DNA of 29,777 nucleotides from an uncultured Nannocystaceae bacterium (lineage in GTDB: Bacteria > Myxococcota_A > Polyangia > Nannocystales > Nannocystaceae): contig CAZYSW010000008.1 of the NCBI GenBank assembly GCA_964650105.1, positions 2,685-32,461 of the forward strand, in the 5' to 3' direction. Below, in pieces: positions 16,179-25,028 of this stretch (positions are counted from its first letter, which is position 1; each line of letters starts with the position of its first letter). Position numbers and translations under genes: made by a program. The notes below the pieces were generated by a model that was not told the DNA's origin, did not search any database, and worked only from the letters and a program-made list of their open reading frames with translations.

Positions 16179-18455
16179 ATGATTCGCGAGCGCATCACCG
16201 TCCGGGGTCTCGGCTTCCCGCTCGTCTCCGCCCTGGTCCTCGTCGGCTGCGGAGACGACGACGCGCGGGGCGAGGACGACGCGAACTCCGGCTTCACCGA
16301 TTCGGGCATGGGCGTCGATTCGGGGACCCGAGGCGGCACCGACGATTCGGAGACCGACGGTACCGACCAGGGGACCGACACCAGCGACCTGCCCGACGAC
16401 GGCACCTGCGATGCGGGCCACGAGGCGTTCGTCCAGCGGCTCGTCATGTTCGTCCAGGGGCGAAAGCCCGAGAGCATCCGCGAGGTTCGTCTGCTGGTGC
16501 AGATGATCGAGCAGCTCGATGCGATGGGAGGAGATGGACGCGCCGCGGTGGCGCGGGGCCTCGCCCGCGGCGACCGGTACCTCGAGCGGTGGAAGACCCA
16601 CCTCTTCGAGGAGCTTCGGGTCAACGTCACCGGCGACCGGCGCAACGACTTGTGCTACGACCTGGTGGGCAGCGACGCCGACAGCCCCGAGCTCGCGGCC
16701 TGGATCCGGGACAACACGGCCGACGCGGTCTATCCGGGGCCGCTGTTCTGGATGCCGGACGTCGTGTACAGCGCGCTACGGCTCGACGACCTCTCGCCGG
16801 CCTACCGCGCCGATCTGTTCGCGAGGATGTCGGTGCCCATCATCGCCGGCAACGTGGACCAGTTCGAGCTGGAGGTGATGCGCCGCGCCAACTTCGGCCA
16901 GATCTTCGAGCAGGCGTACTTGGGTCGCAAGACCGAGTGCAACCAATGCCATCGCGCGGAGTACTCGGTCACCTGGGATCCGAATCCGGAGCTCAACCGG
17001 CATTGGCCGTTGACCGGCAATTTCGAGCTGGCGGTGTACGGGCCCGACGCCGCCCAGGCCGACGAGAACCGCTCGCACGCGGTGTTCCGATTCCGAAACT
17101 TCGCGTGGAGCGTGGGCGACTACTTCCGCGACGTCACGCCCGGGAACGCGCGCAGCGCCTTCGGCATGGGTCCCGTATGCGGGGAATTCGTGTTCCCCGG
17201 GGGCGGCGAGGACATCCTGGGATACGCGCCGTTCATGGTGAGCGACTACACCGACGTGGCGCCCCCCAACGGCGTGGGGGCCAACGTGTACCACCTCGAC
17301 GTGCTCTTGCAGCAGGGCTTCGAGAGCCTGCGTCGAGACGGCCTGGTCCTCGACGCCGACAACGACGTGTCGGGACCGGTCGCGGCGGCCTACCTGTTCT
17401 CGATGAACGTGGCCAACCACACCTGGCGGGAGGCGATGGGGTATCCGTTGACGGTCGCCAACAACTTCCCGCGAAACCAGGCCCAACGAGACATTTTGCA
17501 GCAGCTCACCGAGGCCTTCGTCTCCGACGGATACTCGCTGCGAAGCCTCGTCACGGAGATCGCCCTCCACGAGGCCTTCAACCAGGCCGCGCCGGCGGCC
17601 TGCGGGAACGCGACGCCCTACAACCTGCCCGCCATTTTCGATCCCTTCACCCGCGAGGCCGAGGATCCCGACATGCGAGGCAACGGCGTCGGGGACGGGG
17701 TGCACCGGTTGGGGGGCTGGGTCCTCCTGGACGCGATCTCGCAGGCCATGTGGTGGGACAAGCCGCAACGCTTCGGTCCCGACCAGGGTGAAGTGCCCGG
17801 CTCGAGCTGTGGCGCGGGCATGGTGGGCAACCCGTGCGACGAGGCCCCGCAGCGGATCGAGGTGCTGCGGGACGTGGGCGCGTTCCTCAGCGACAGCGAA
17901 GGTGGCTTCGAGGGCACCGACTTCGTCTCGTTGCTCCGGCTGGAGCGGGAGTACGGCCGCGGGGAGGACCCGGGCTTCGGAGGGGCGTGCAGCGGCCCGC
18001 TCGGAGGGAGCTGTGACGGGCTGACGGGCGACTGGGTCGACGCATTGATGGATCAGGCCCTCGCGACTCCGGGGACGGACATGTGGGATCTGGCGGTGGC
18101 GGTCAAGGATCGGCTGATCACCGAGCCCGTCATCCACGACTTCGACGAGGCCGCGGTGCTGGCCGACGTGATGGGCGTGGTGGACCTCAGCGAGACGGTC
18201 GCCGACGTGGGCGCGGCGGCGGCGGAGGAGGGTGTGCGTCGATTGGTCGGCGTGTTGGTGGGCACCCCGCAGTTCTTGCTGGTGGGTGTCCCCCCCTCGT
18301 CGAGCGACTTCGCCGACGAGCCCGCGCTCGTCGTGCCGGGGACGTCCACCCTGGAGCTCTGCGAACACCTCGCACCGCTGGTGCTGGTGAACCCCGGAGA
18401 CGGTTACGACTTCGGGTACACCTGCAGCGCGAGCGGGGTACAGATCGCTCCCTGA
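16179..18455 (+). CDS. PSD1-like (DUF1549/DUF1553-type) lipoprotein with a single CxxCH motif, 758 aa.
   Basis: Track ORF 16179..18455, with SD GGAGAGGAAGG immediately upstream. It has a lipobox (LVLVGCGDDD) and an acidic linker. ECNQCHRAEYSVTWDP is a CxxCH motif. The family assignment rests on size, the CxxCH motif and the 13-bp gap to DUF1501, which is the classic planctomycete pairing. Confidence 0.6.
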   Translation: MIRERITVRGLGFPLVSALVLVGCGDDDARGEDDANSGFTDSGMGVDSGTRGGTDDSETDGTDQGTDTSDLPDDGTCDAGHEAFVQRLVMFVQGRKPESIREVRLLVQMIEQLDAMGGDGRAAVARGLARGDRYLERWKTHLFEELRVNVTGDRRNDLCYDLVGSDADSPELAAWIRDNTADAVYPGPLFWMPDVVYSALRLDDLSPAYRADLFARMSVPIIAGNVDQFELEVMRRANFGQIFEQAYLGRKTECNQCHRAEYSVTWDPNPELNRHWPLTGNFELAVYGPDAAQADENRSHAVFRFRNFAWSVGDYFRDVTPGNARSAFGMGPVCGEFVFPGGGEDILGYAPFMVSDYTDVAPPNGVGANVYHLDVLLQQGFESLRRDGLVLDADNDVSGPVAAAYLFSMNVANHTWREAMGYPLTVANNFPRNQAQRDILQQLTEAFVSDGYSLRSLVTEIALHEAFNQAAPAACGNATPYNLPAIFDPFTREAEDPDMRGNGVGDGVHRLGGWVLLDAISQAMWWDKPQRFGPDQGEVPGSSCGAGMVGNPCDEAPQRIEVLRDVGAFLSDSEGGFEGTDFVSLLRLEREYGRGEDPGFGGACSGPLGGSCDGLTGDWVDALMDQALATPGTDMWDLAVAVKDRLITEPVIHDFDEAAVLADVMGVVDLSETVADVGAAAAEEGVRRLVGVLVGTPQFLLVGVPPSSSDFADEPALVVPGTSTLELCEHLAPLVLVNPGDGYDFGYTCSASGVQIAP

Positions 18456-18610
18456 GCACCGGTGGAGGGTCGCGTGGTGCCCTGGCCGGTGGTCGACCGG
18501 GCAGTGGTCACCGCACGGGCGCACGCCGTCGGTGTCCGCCCGCCTGCGATCCGCACGGCCGTTCGCCAGACCCAGAGCAACCGGCGCGGCGCGTGCTAGC
18601 TCGTCCTTCG

Positions 18611-18636
18611 TCCGGAGACCTCGCGGGTCTCTCGGA
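18611..18636 (+). terminator. GC-rich hairpin downstream of the DUF1501/PSD1 operon.
   Basis: tccggagacc-tcgcg-ggtctc(t)cgga forms a roughly 10-bp stem with one bulge. It lies 156 nt after the stop at 18455. There is no U-tract. Confidence 0.4.
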
Positions 18637-18709
18637 CGGGGAGACCAGACTCGACGTCCACACGGCGAGGATTGGCCGCTTTGCCCCTCTGAACGACGAG
18701 GATTCGACC

Positions 18710-20089
18710 ATGAACGACTTGGATCGCGTACGCCGTTGCGCTGCACTTCTGCTGGGAACGATCGTCGCCTGTGGCGACAGCGATGGGGAGACTTTACCCG
18801 ACGAGGGTGGGTTCACGACCGGCGACGGGTCGGCCACCCTCCCCACCGGCGAGACCTTCCCCGACGCGGGCGGGCCGACCAGCGACACCACGACCGCTTC
18901 GGACACCCCCGACGGGACCACCACGGGACCGAGTGCCACCGAGACCTCGCCTTCACCGGACTCGACGGCCACCACGGACGGCTCGATCGACGATGGCACC
19001 GAGTCCGACGCGACCGCCCAGCCCGATTCCTGCGGCAACGGGACCATCGACGACGGCGAGGTGTGCTTCGCCGGCCCGGTCGAGTACGCCATGGGTGGTG
19101 CCCCCAGCGACGTCGGGCTGGGCGACGTGGACGGCGACGGTGTGCTCGACGTGCTCACCACCGACGCGGGTGACGGCACCGTGAGTCGTCGTCTCGGCGA
19201 AGGCGACGGGACCTTCGGCGCGGTGGCGACCAGCACGGTCGGCACGTTCCCGGTTCGAATCGCGGTCGCGGATCTCAGCGGGGACACCATGGCCGACGTG
19301 GTCACCGTCGACCAGGCCGACGACACCGTGAGCGTGCTCTTGGCGTCGGGCGCCGGGAGCTTCGCAGGCCGGGTCGTTCACGTGGTGGGTACGGGCCCGA
19401 CCGACTTCGGGATCGGCGATCTGACGGGCGATGGGGCGCTGGATCTGGCCATCGCCAACCCGGGCTCCATGGACTACCACACACTCGCCAACGACGGCGC
19501 CGGCACCATGACGGTGCTCGGACCGTGGTCCACCCAAGACGTGACCCCCCAGGGGATCTCGATCGGTTCCATCGCCGCCTCGCCGGATTTGGACACCTTC
19601 TTCGCCGGTGGGGGCCGGTACGGGGCGAGCCCCGGCCAGGGAGACGGGACGGTCAACGACGCGACGGTCGTCGGGGGCGTGGTGGGCACCGGCACCATGC
19701 GCGTAGTGTCTGCGCTGCTCGACGCGGGTACGGACGTCGATCAGGTCCTCGTCGATCCGCCCGCCAACCGCGTGCACGTGCTGTTGGGATCGATGGGGGC
19801 GACCTGGGTGATGTCCACTTACGACGTGGGCGGCAATCCCTCGGGCGTCGCGGTCGGGGACGTGACCGGCGAGGGCGATCCGGACATCGTGGTGGCCAAC
19901 GCCGACGACGACACCGTCACCGTGTTGGTGGGCGACGGGCTCGGCGGATTCACCGTGGCCGCGACACTGGCGGTGGGATCGACCCCCAGCGGTGTCGCCA
20001 TCGGTGATCTCGACGGGGATGCGGTGGGCGACATCGTCACCAGCAACGCCGGCGACGACACGATCTCGGTGCTCCTGTCCGACCCCTGA
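18710..20089 (+). CDS. FG-GAP/VCBS-repeat (integrin-alpha-like beta-propeller) lipoprotein, 459 aa.
   Basis: Inner part of track ORF 18083..20089. The start is the ATG at 18710 (MNDLDRVRRCAALLLGTIVACGDSDG lipobox). There is a T/D/G/S-rich linker. Repeated motifs include GLGDVDGDGVLDVLTTDAGDGTVS, VADLSGDTMADVVTVDQADDTVSVLL, GDLTGDGALDLAIAN, GDVTGEGDPDIVVANADDDTVTVLV and GDLDGDAVGDIVTSNAGDDTISVLL. Confidence 0.75.
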   Translation: MNDLDRVRRCAALLLGTIVACGDSDGETLPDEGGFTTGDGSATLPTGETFPDAGGPTSDTTTASDTPDGTTTGPSATETSPSPDSTATTDGSIDDGTESDATAQPDSCGNGTIDDGEVCFAGPVEYAMGGAPSDVGLGDVDGDGVLDVLTTDAGDGTVSRRLGEGDGTFGAVATSTVGTFPVRIAVADLSGDTMADVVTVDQADDTVSVLLASGAGSFAGRVVHVVGTGPTDFGIGDLTGDGALDLAIANPGSMDYHTLANDGAGTMTVLGPWSTQDVTPQGISIGSIAASPDLDTFFAGGGRYGASPGQGDGTVNDATVVGGVVGTGTMRVVSALLDAGTDVDQVLVDPPANRVHVLLGSMGATWVMSTYDVGGNPSGVAVGDVTGEGDPDIVVANADDDTVTVLVGDGLGGFTVAATLAVGSTPSGVAIGDLDGDAVGDIVTSNAGDDTISVLLSDP

Positions 20090-20104
20090 TTGCGGGCCCG
20101 GCCC

Positions 20105-20135
20105 TCGGGGGGGAGCGGTCGGCTCGACCCCCGAG
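20105..20135. terminator. Hairpin between convergent genes.
   Basis: ctcggggg (20105..20112) pairs with cccccgag (20128..20135), with a 15-nt loop. It lies in the 61-bp gap between the stops at 20089 (+) and 20151 (-). Confidence 0.4.
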
Positions 20136-20150
20136 CGCGGAGGCGGCCCC

Positions 20151-21086
20151 TCAAGGAGGAGCCCCCTGCTCGATCCAGGCACGGATCAGATTGCGCGTGG
20201 CGAGCGGGAGCGGTTCCTGACCGAGCGGCATGGACACCCCGCTGCCGGAGCACCCACAGCCGCCCTGGTCCGCCGAAAGAGCGTGGGTGCCGTCGAGCTT
20301 GTGCATCAGGTAGCTCTCCGCCGGCGACCCGGGGCGGACGTACGGCACGGTGGCGACCGCGGGGAACACGTCGACGATGGCGGGGTAGGCATCGCCGCCC
20401 AGGCGCACCGCCGCGGTCGGGTTGCCGCCTTCCTCCACCGGCTCGTGACACCCCCCACCCAGACAATGGGCGTCCCACAGCGGCTGGATGTCCAGCGCGT
20501 GCGACAGCGGACCGTACCCCGTCGAGTCGCTCGAGACCGTCTCGGTCCGCGCGTCGGTCTCGCCGCTGGAGGTGCTGCCGTCGGTCCCGAGCGAGTCGTC
20601 GCCATCGGTCCCCTCCGACGAGCCCGACCCCGAGTCGTCGATCTCCATCGCGGCGTAGAACAGCGACAGCTCGCGATCGGTCCCCGACACGAGGCCGTGC
20701 CGGGGGTCGAGCTCCAACAGGGGCAACGGCCGCCAGTGGCCCGAGCCGTGCGCGAACTCGTCGTGGCCGATCGCCGCCACCCGCACGCGGGCGAAGCTGG
20801 TCGGGAGGCCCTTTCGGTACGTCACCACGGCGGCGTCGCGCAGCGGGATGTCGGGCTGCACGCGATACGCCCCGAACAGGACCTCGGGGGGCGTGTCGCT
20901 CGGGACGATCTGGACGGTGACCGGTCGGTCGAGCGCACCCGGTGGGATCGCGATGGTGAGCACGCCGTCCTTCGACGAGATCTGGCCGCCTTCGCTCCCG
21001 ATGGTCCGGCGCGCGAGGTGCTCGGGGTCGTCGTGACCGCAGCCCGCAGCGAGCATCCACGCAACGCACCACACCCGCGGTGACAC
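20151..21086 (-). CDS. Lipoprotein with a ZU5-like N-terminal domain, an acidic S/G/T/D linker and a C-terminal Cys-rich module.
   Basis: Inner part of track ORF 20151..21290(-). The probable start is the GTG at 21086 (MSPRVWCVAWMLAAGCGHDD). The ATG at 21056 is an alternative. The domain reads RRTIGSEGGQISSKDGVLTIAIPPGALDRPVTVQIVPSDTPPEV...YRVQPDIPL...AVVTYR. The C-terminus has HCLGGGCHEP...GGCGCSGSGVSMPLG. Confidence 0.6.
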   Translation of the reverse strand: MSPRVWCVAWMLAAGCGHDDPEHLARRTIGSEGGQISSKDGVLTIAIPPGALDRPVTVQIVPSDTPPEVLFGAYRVQPDIPLRDAAVVTYRKGLPTSFARVRVAAIGHDEFAHGSGHWRPLPLLELDPRHGLVSGTDRELSLFYAAMEIDDSGSGSSEGTDGDDSLGTDGSTSSGETDARTETVSSDSTGYGPLSHALDIQPLWDAHCLGGGCHEPVEEGGNPTAAVRLGGDAYPAIVDVFPAVATVPYVRPGSPAESYLMHKLDGTHALSADQGGCGCSGSGVSMPLGQEPLPLATRNLIRAWIEQGAPP

Positions 21087-21321
21087 CCTCGCTGAGCGCT
21101 TCGGCTCGAGCACGGCGGGCAACCTAGCACGCCGCGACGAGAGGGCGACTCGACGACGCATCGCATCGCCGACCGGAACGCACCGGGCCGAGCCGGCCGG
21201 GTGCGTGGTGTTCCACCGACCGGCGCACCGGTGATCGACGACGGATCGGTGGAGCAGTGTGGCTTTCGCATCGACGACTTCGCGATGCACCCGTCGCTCG
21301 TCGGCGTGCTAGCTTGCCATC

Positions 21322-21816
21322 GTGCGTGCAGCGGGTTCGTCGTGGACGTTGGCCTTCTCGCTGCTCGGCCTGGTCACGGCGTGCGACGAGGACTCCGATC
21401 CCGCCGAGGGCCTCGTCGAGCGGAGAATCGGCAGCGAGGGGGGATGGGTGACCTCGGCCGACGGGGTGCTGTCGATCTCGATTCGGCCGGGCGCGCTCCG
21501 AGAGCCGACCCTGGTGACCATCGAGCCCACCGACGAGACGCCACCGGTGTTCAGCCCCGTCTATCGGGTGCGCCCGAACGTGCCGCTGTCGATCCCCGCC
21601 GTGGTGACCTTGCGACATCCGCTGCCGTCCGACCCCGAGCTCGCCCAGGTGGGGGCGGTGCTGAGGGAGGATTTCGAGGCCGGCCTCGGGCAATGGATCG
21701 CGTTGCCGCGGCTGCAGCTCGACGTCGAGGCAGAGAAGGTGCTGGCATCCGACGATGGACTTTCGATGTTCTACGGCCTGCTCGACACGAGCGAGGTGGA
21801 CACCGAGGACCCGTGA
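21322..21816 (+). CDS. Small lipoprotein (164 aa) that is paralogous to the N-terminal domain of the divergently transcribed gene at 20151..21086.
   Basis: Track ORF 21322..21816. The lipobox is LLGLVTACDEDSD. The segment ERRIGSEGGWVTSADGVLSISIRPGALREPTLVTIEPTDETPPVFSPVYRVRPNVPLSIPAVVTLRHPLPSDPEL...GLSMFYGLLDTSE aligns residue by residue with the neighbour at roughly 45% identity, estimated by eye. Confidence 0.6.
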   Translation: MRAAGSSWTLAFSLLGLVTACDEDSDPAEGLVERRIGSEGGWVTSADGVLSISIRPGALREPTLVTIEPTDETPPVFSPVYRVRPNVPLSIPAVVTLRHPLPSDPELAQVGAVLREDFEAGLGQWIALPRLQLDVEAEKVLASDDGLSMFYGLLDTSEVDTEDP

Positions 21817-21830
21817 ACCTCCGAGCGAGC

Positions 21831-22499
21831 TCACGCGTACTGCAGGTGGTCTCGCAGCCGACGCAGCACGAGCTCGGTCTTGGCGTCTTCGATCTCTCCT
21901 TGCACGCAAGCGGAGATCGCTCGATCGAGCGGGAGCCATCGCAGCCGCGCGCCTTCTTCCATCGGTGATCCGTCGCCCGGAGGGGGCGTCGCCCCGCTCG
22001 GGTCTCCGACTTCGGCCGCGACGAACCAGAACTTCTCGATCATCGACCCGGGGCTGGGAAACATGCCGGCGCCCAGGAAGAACACCTGCGCCGGATCGAC
22101 CCGATAGCCGGCCTCCTCGGCGACCTCGACGGCCGCCCGGGCTCGAATGCCGGCCTCGCCGCGATCTTCGGGCTCGATGACGCCGGCCACCACCTCGCTG
22201 AACAGAAGGTAAGGCGCGGCATCGGGGATCGGAGGATCGACGGTGGCGCGCCCGACCCCCAGCGCCGGGCGCAGACACTCGCGCAGCAGGACGTGGCATC
22301 CGTCCTCTCGCCGGGAGAACACGGCGACCACCACGGCGTCCGGTCGGCCCGGCCGATCCACGTAGTCGCACACGTACGGCTGCGAGCGCGAACCGTCGCT
22401 TCGGCGATTGCGGAGGTGGAGCCTGCAAAGGCGCAAGAACGGTGGGTCGCCGGCATGGACTTCCTCGCGCTCGACTTCGTATCCGGTGATCTCGGGCAT
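21831..22499 (-). CDS. NUDIX hydrolase.
   Basis: Inner part of track ORF 21831..22649(-). The start is the ATG at 22499 (MPEITGYEVEREE). The Nudix box is AGVIEPEDRGEAGIRARAAVEVAEEAGYRV. Confidence 0.75.
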   Translation of the reverse strand: MPEITGYEVEREEVHAGDPPFLRLCRLHLRNRRSDGSRSQPYVCDYVDRPGRPDAVVVAVFSRREDGCHVLLRECLRPALGVGRATVDPPIPDAAPYLLFSEVVAGVIEPEDRGEAGIRARAAVEVAEEAGYRVDPAQVFFLGAGMFPSPGSMIEKFWFVAAEVGDPSGATPPPGDGSPMEEGARLRWLPLDRAISACVQGEIEDAKTELVLRRLRDHLQYA

Positions 22500-22630
22500 G
22501 GGCCGTCGGATCCATACGACCGCGACCGTCGGACCGCCAGCCCGACCGCCCCTTCCGGGGCCACCTGCTGCCTGCTTTCGGGGCGTGCTAGCCTCCCCTG
22601 CGAAGCGGCGGATCCGATGCTGCCGCGGCC

Positions 22631-24097
22631 TTGCCGCCGATGACCGCACCGGCCGAAGACTCGAGAAGCGTCCTGTTCGTCGACCTCGACGGAACGCTGG
22701 TGGCCACCGACGTGCTGTGGGAGGCGTTCGTCCGCGCCCTCAAGCGCGAGCCCTGGATCGTGCTGGTGGCTCCTTTTTGGCTGTTGCGCGGTCGGGCGGC
22801 GCTCAAGCGTGCGCTGGCCGAACGCGGGGCCCCGGACTTCTCGACCTTGCCCTACCGCGAGGAGGTCGTGCAGTACATCCGGGAGCGGCGCGACGGCGGC
22901 TGTGCGGTCGTGCTCGCGACGGCGAGCGATCGAGTGTGGGCGGACGGGATCGCCAAGGAGGTGGGCCTGTTCGACGACGTCATCGCCAGCGACGGCGAGC
23001 TCAACCTCAAGGGCCCCGCCAAGCTGGCCGCCATCGAGGCCTACTGCAAGGACAAGGGCTTCTCGATGTGGGGATACATGGGCGACTCGCCCGCAGATCT
23101 CTCCATCTGGCAGCGTGCCAAGGAGATCCACGTGGTCGGTGCGTCGGACGGCCTGCTCAGCCGCATCCGCCGTCACGCGGAGCCGCTCAAGGTGTTCGGG
23201 CGGCGCCAGTCGACGCTGATGCCCGCGATCAAGGCTCTGCGTCCGCACCAGTGGGTCAAGAACGTGCTTCTGTTCGTTCCGCTGCTGCTCGCCCGAGAGC
23301 TCGACGACGCCGGCAAGCTCTTCGCGGCCGTCTGTGCATTCGCGGCCTTTTCGGCCTGCGCATCGTCGGTGTACGTGGTCAACGATCTGCTCGACATCGA
23401 GGCGGATCGGCTGCACCCGCGCAAGCGTCGTCGCCCGTTCGCGTCGGGGCAGCTCCCCCTGGCGATGGGACCCCCGCTGGCGGCCGCGCTGCTGCTGATC
23501 GGCCTGGCGATCGCAGCCGTCTTCTTGCCCCTGGCATTCGTCGGCGTGCTCGTGCTCTACATGATCGTGACGAGCCTCTATTCGGCGGTGCTCAAGAGCA
23601 AGCTGATGGTGGACGTGCTGATCCTCGCCGGGCTGTACACCCTGCGCATCTTCGCCGGCGGCGTGGCCACCGGGCTCTCCGTGTCGGAGTGGCTGTTGGC
23701 GTTCTCGATCTTCATGTTCACGTCCCTGGCGTTCGCCAAGCGCTACGTGGAGATGGCCCGCCTGGCCCGCGAGGGGAAGACCGTGGCCAAGGGGCGTGGC
23801 TATCAGACGATCGATCTGAGCCTGATCGAGAGCATCGGGCCGACGAGCGGCTACCTGGCGGTATTGGTGTTCGCGCTGTACATCAACAGCCCGGCGTTGG
23901 CCTCGTTCTACACCCACAAGTGGCTGCTTTGGCTGACGTGCCCGTTGTTGCTGTACTGGATCAGCCGGCTTTGGTTTCTGGCCAAGCGCGACCAGCTCTA
24001 CGACGACCCCGTGGTGTTCGCCGTCACCGACAAGGTGAGCCTGACGATCGGGGTCCTGGTGGGGTTGGCCCTCCTGCTGGCGGCGCCGTTGTGGTGA
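22631..24097 (+). CDS. Bifunctional fusion of an N-terminal HAD-superfamily phosphatase domain with a C-terminal UbiA-family polyprenyl-phosphate glycosyl/prenyl-transferase (DPPR-synthase-like).
   Basis: Track ORF 22631..24097. HAD motif I is LFVDLDGTLVATD. Downstream are VVLATASDR and GDSPADL (motif III-like). Then come about 8 TM helices with the UbiA aspartate-rich motif VVNDLLDIEADRLHPRKRRRPFASG. Confidence 0.8.
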   Translation: MPPMTAPAEDSRSVLFVDLDGTLVATDVLWEAFVRALKREPWIVLVAPFWLLRGRAALKRALAERGAPDFSTLPYREEVVQYIRERRDGGCAVVLATASDRVWADGIAKEVGLFDDVIASDGELNLKGPAKLAAIEAYCKDKGFSMWGYMGDSPADLSIWQRAKEIHVVGASDGLLSRIRRHAEPLKVFGRRQSTLMPAIKALRPHQWVKNVLLFVPLLLARELDDAGKLFAAVCAFAAFSACASSVYVVNDLLDIEADRLHPRKRRRPFASGQLPLAMGPPLAAALLLIGLAIAAVFLPLAFVGVLVLYMIVTSLYSAVLKSKLMVDVLILAGLYTLRIFAGGVATGLSVSEWLLAFSIFMFTSLAFAKRYVEMARLAREGKTVAKGRGYQTIDLSLIESIGPTSGYLAVLVFALYINSPALASFYTHKWLLWLTCPLLLYWISRLWFLAKRDQLYDDPVVFAVTDKVSLTIGVLVGLALLLAAPLW

Positions 24098-24259
24098 AGT
24101 GCGCATCGAGCGCAGATCGGCGGCACCTGCCTAATTTTCGGTGTTACACGAGAAAATAAGGTACCGTTCCCGGGCGTCTCGGGGCTCGGCGCAACGAGTG
24201 ACTCCGTCAACGTGCTTTTTTTGTGCATCTGAGTCATTCTTCGCGCCACGAGGCGCCCG
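24098..24259 (+). promoter_or_regulatory. Comparatively AT-rich intergenic island upstream of cysH. It is the likely promoter region.
   Basis: ctaattttcggtgttacacgagaaaataaggtacc and gtgctttttttgtgcatctgagtcattcttcg show a local GC drop in an otherwise roughly 70% GC window. Confidence 0.35.
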
Positions 24260-25024
24260 ATGTGGACGGACCCCAATAATACGGCCGCTAACGGAGAAAT
24301 CACGATTCCCGGGCTGGCGGAGGAGCTCGAGGGGGCTCACCCGCGGCGGATCCTCGAGCGCGCGCTCGACATGTTCGGCGACGACGTCGCGATCAGCTTC
24401 AGCGGAGCCGAGGACGTGCTCCTCATCGAGTACGCCAGCCAGCTCGATCGTCCGTTTCGCGTCTTCAGTCTCGACACCGGGCGACTGCACCCCGAGACGT
24501 ACCGGCTGTTCGCTCGTGTCGAGGAGCGATACGGCATCTCCATCGAGTACCTGTTTCCCGACACCGAGGCGGTCGAGTCGCTGGTGCGCAGCAAGGGGAT
24601 GTTCTCGTTTTACCGGGACGGTCACTCCGAGTGCTGCGGTATCCGCAAGGTCGAGCCTCTGCGACGACAGCTCGCGACGCTTCGGGCGTGGATCACCGGA
24701 CAGCGCCGCGATCAGAACCCGGGCACGCGCGCGACCCTTCCGGTCGTGCAGTACGACACCGGGTTCCAGGGGCGCGACGGCGCGAGACTGGTGAAATGGA
24801 ACCCGCTCGCCGCGCGAGAGAGCAGCGAGGTCTGGGACGACATCCGCGCCTTCGACGTGCCCTACAACACGCTGCACGAGCGAGGGTTCGTGAGCATCGG
24901 CTGCGAGCCCTGCACGCGTTCGGTGCTCCCGGGGCAGCACGAGCGCGAAGGTCGATGGTGGTGGGAGTCGGCCGACAAAAAGGAGTGCGGGCTCCACCAG
25001 ATCAACGTCGGGCCCCGCAACTGA
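24260..25024 (+). CDS. cysH: Phosphoadenosine-phosphosulfate / adenylyl-sulfate reductase, thioredoxin-dependent (CysH). The Cys pattern suggests the [4Fe-4S] APS-reductase type.
   Basis: Track ORF 24260..25024. It has a PP-loop-like [23 protein letters not shown], the [11 protein letters not shown] motif and the C-terminal SIGCEPCT motif. Confidence 0.85.
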   Translation: MWTDPNNTAANGEITIPGLAEELEGAHPRRILERALDMFGDDVAISFSGAEDVLLIEYASQLDRPFRVFSLDTGRLHPETYRLFARVEERYGISIEYLFPDTEAVESLVRSKGMFSFYRDGHSECCGIRKVEPLRRQLATLRAWITGQRRDQNPGTRATLPVVQYDTGFQGRDGARLVKWNPLAARESSEVWDDIRAFDVPYNTLHERGFVSIGCEPCTRSVLPGQHEREGRWWWESADKKECGLHQINVGPRN

Positions 25025-25028
25025 TCCT

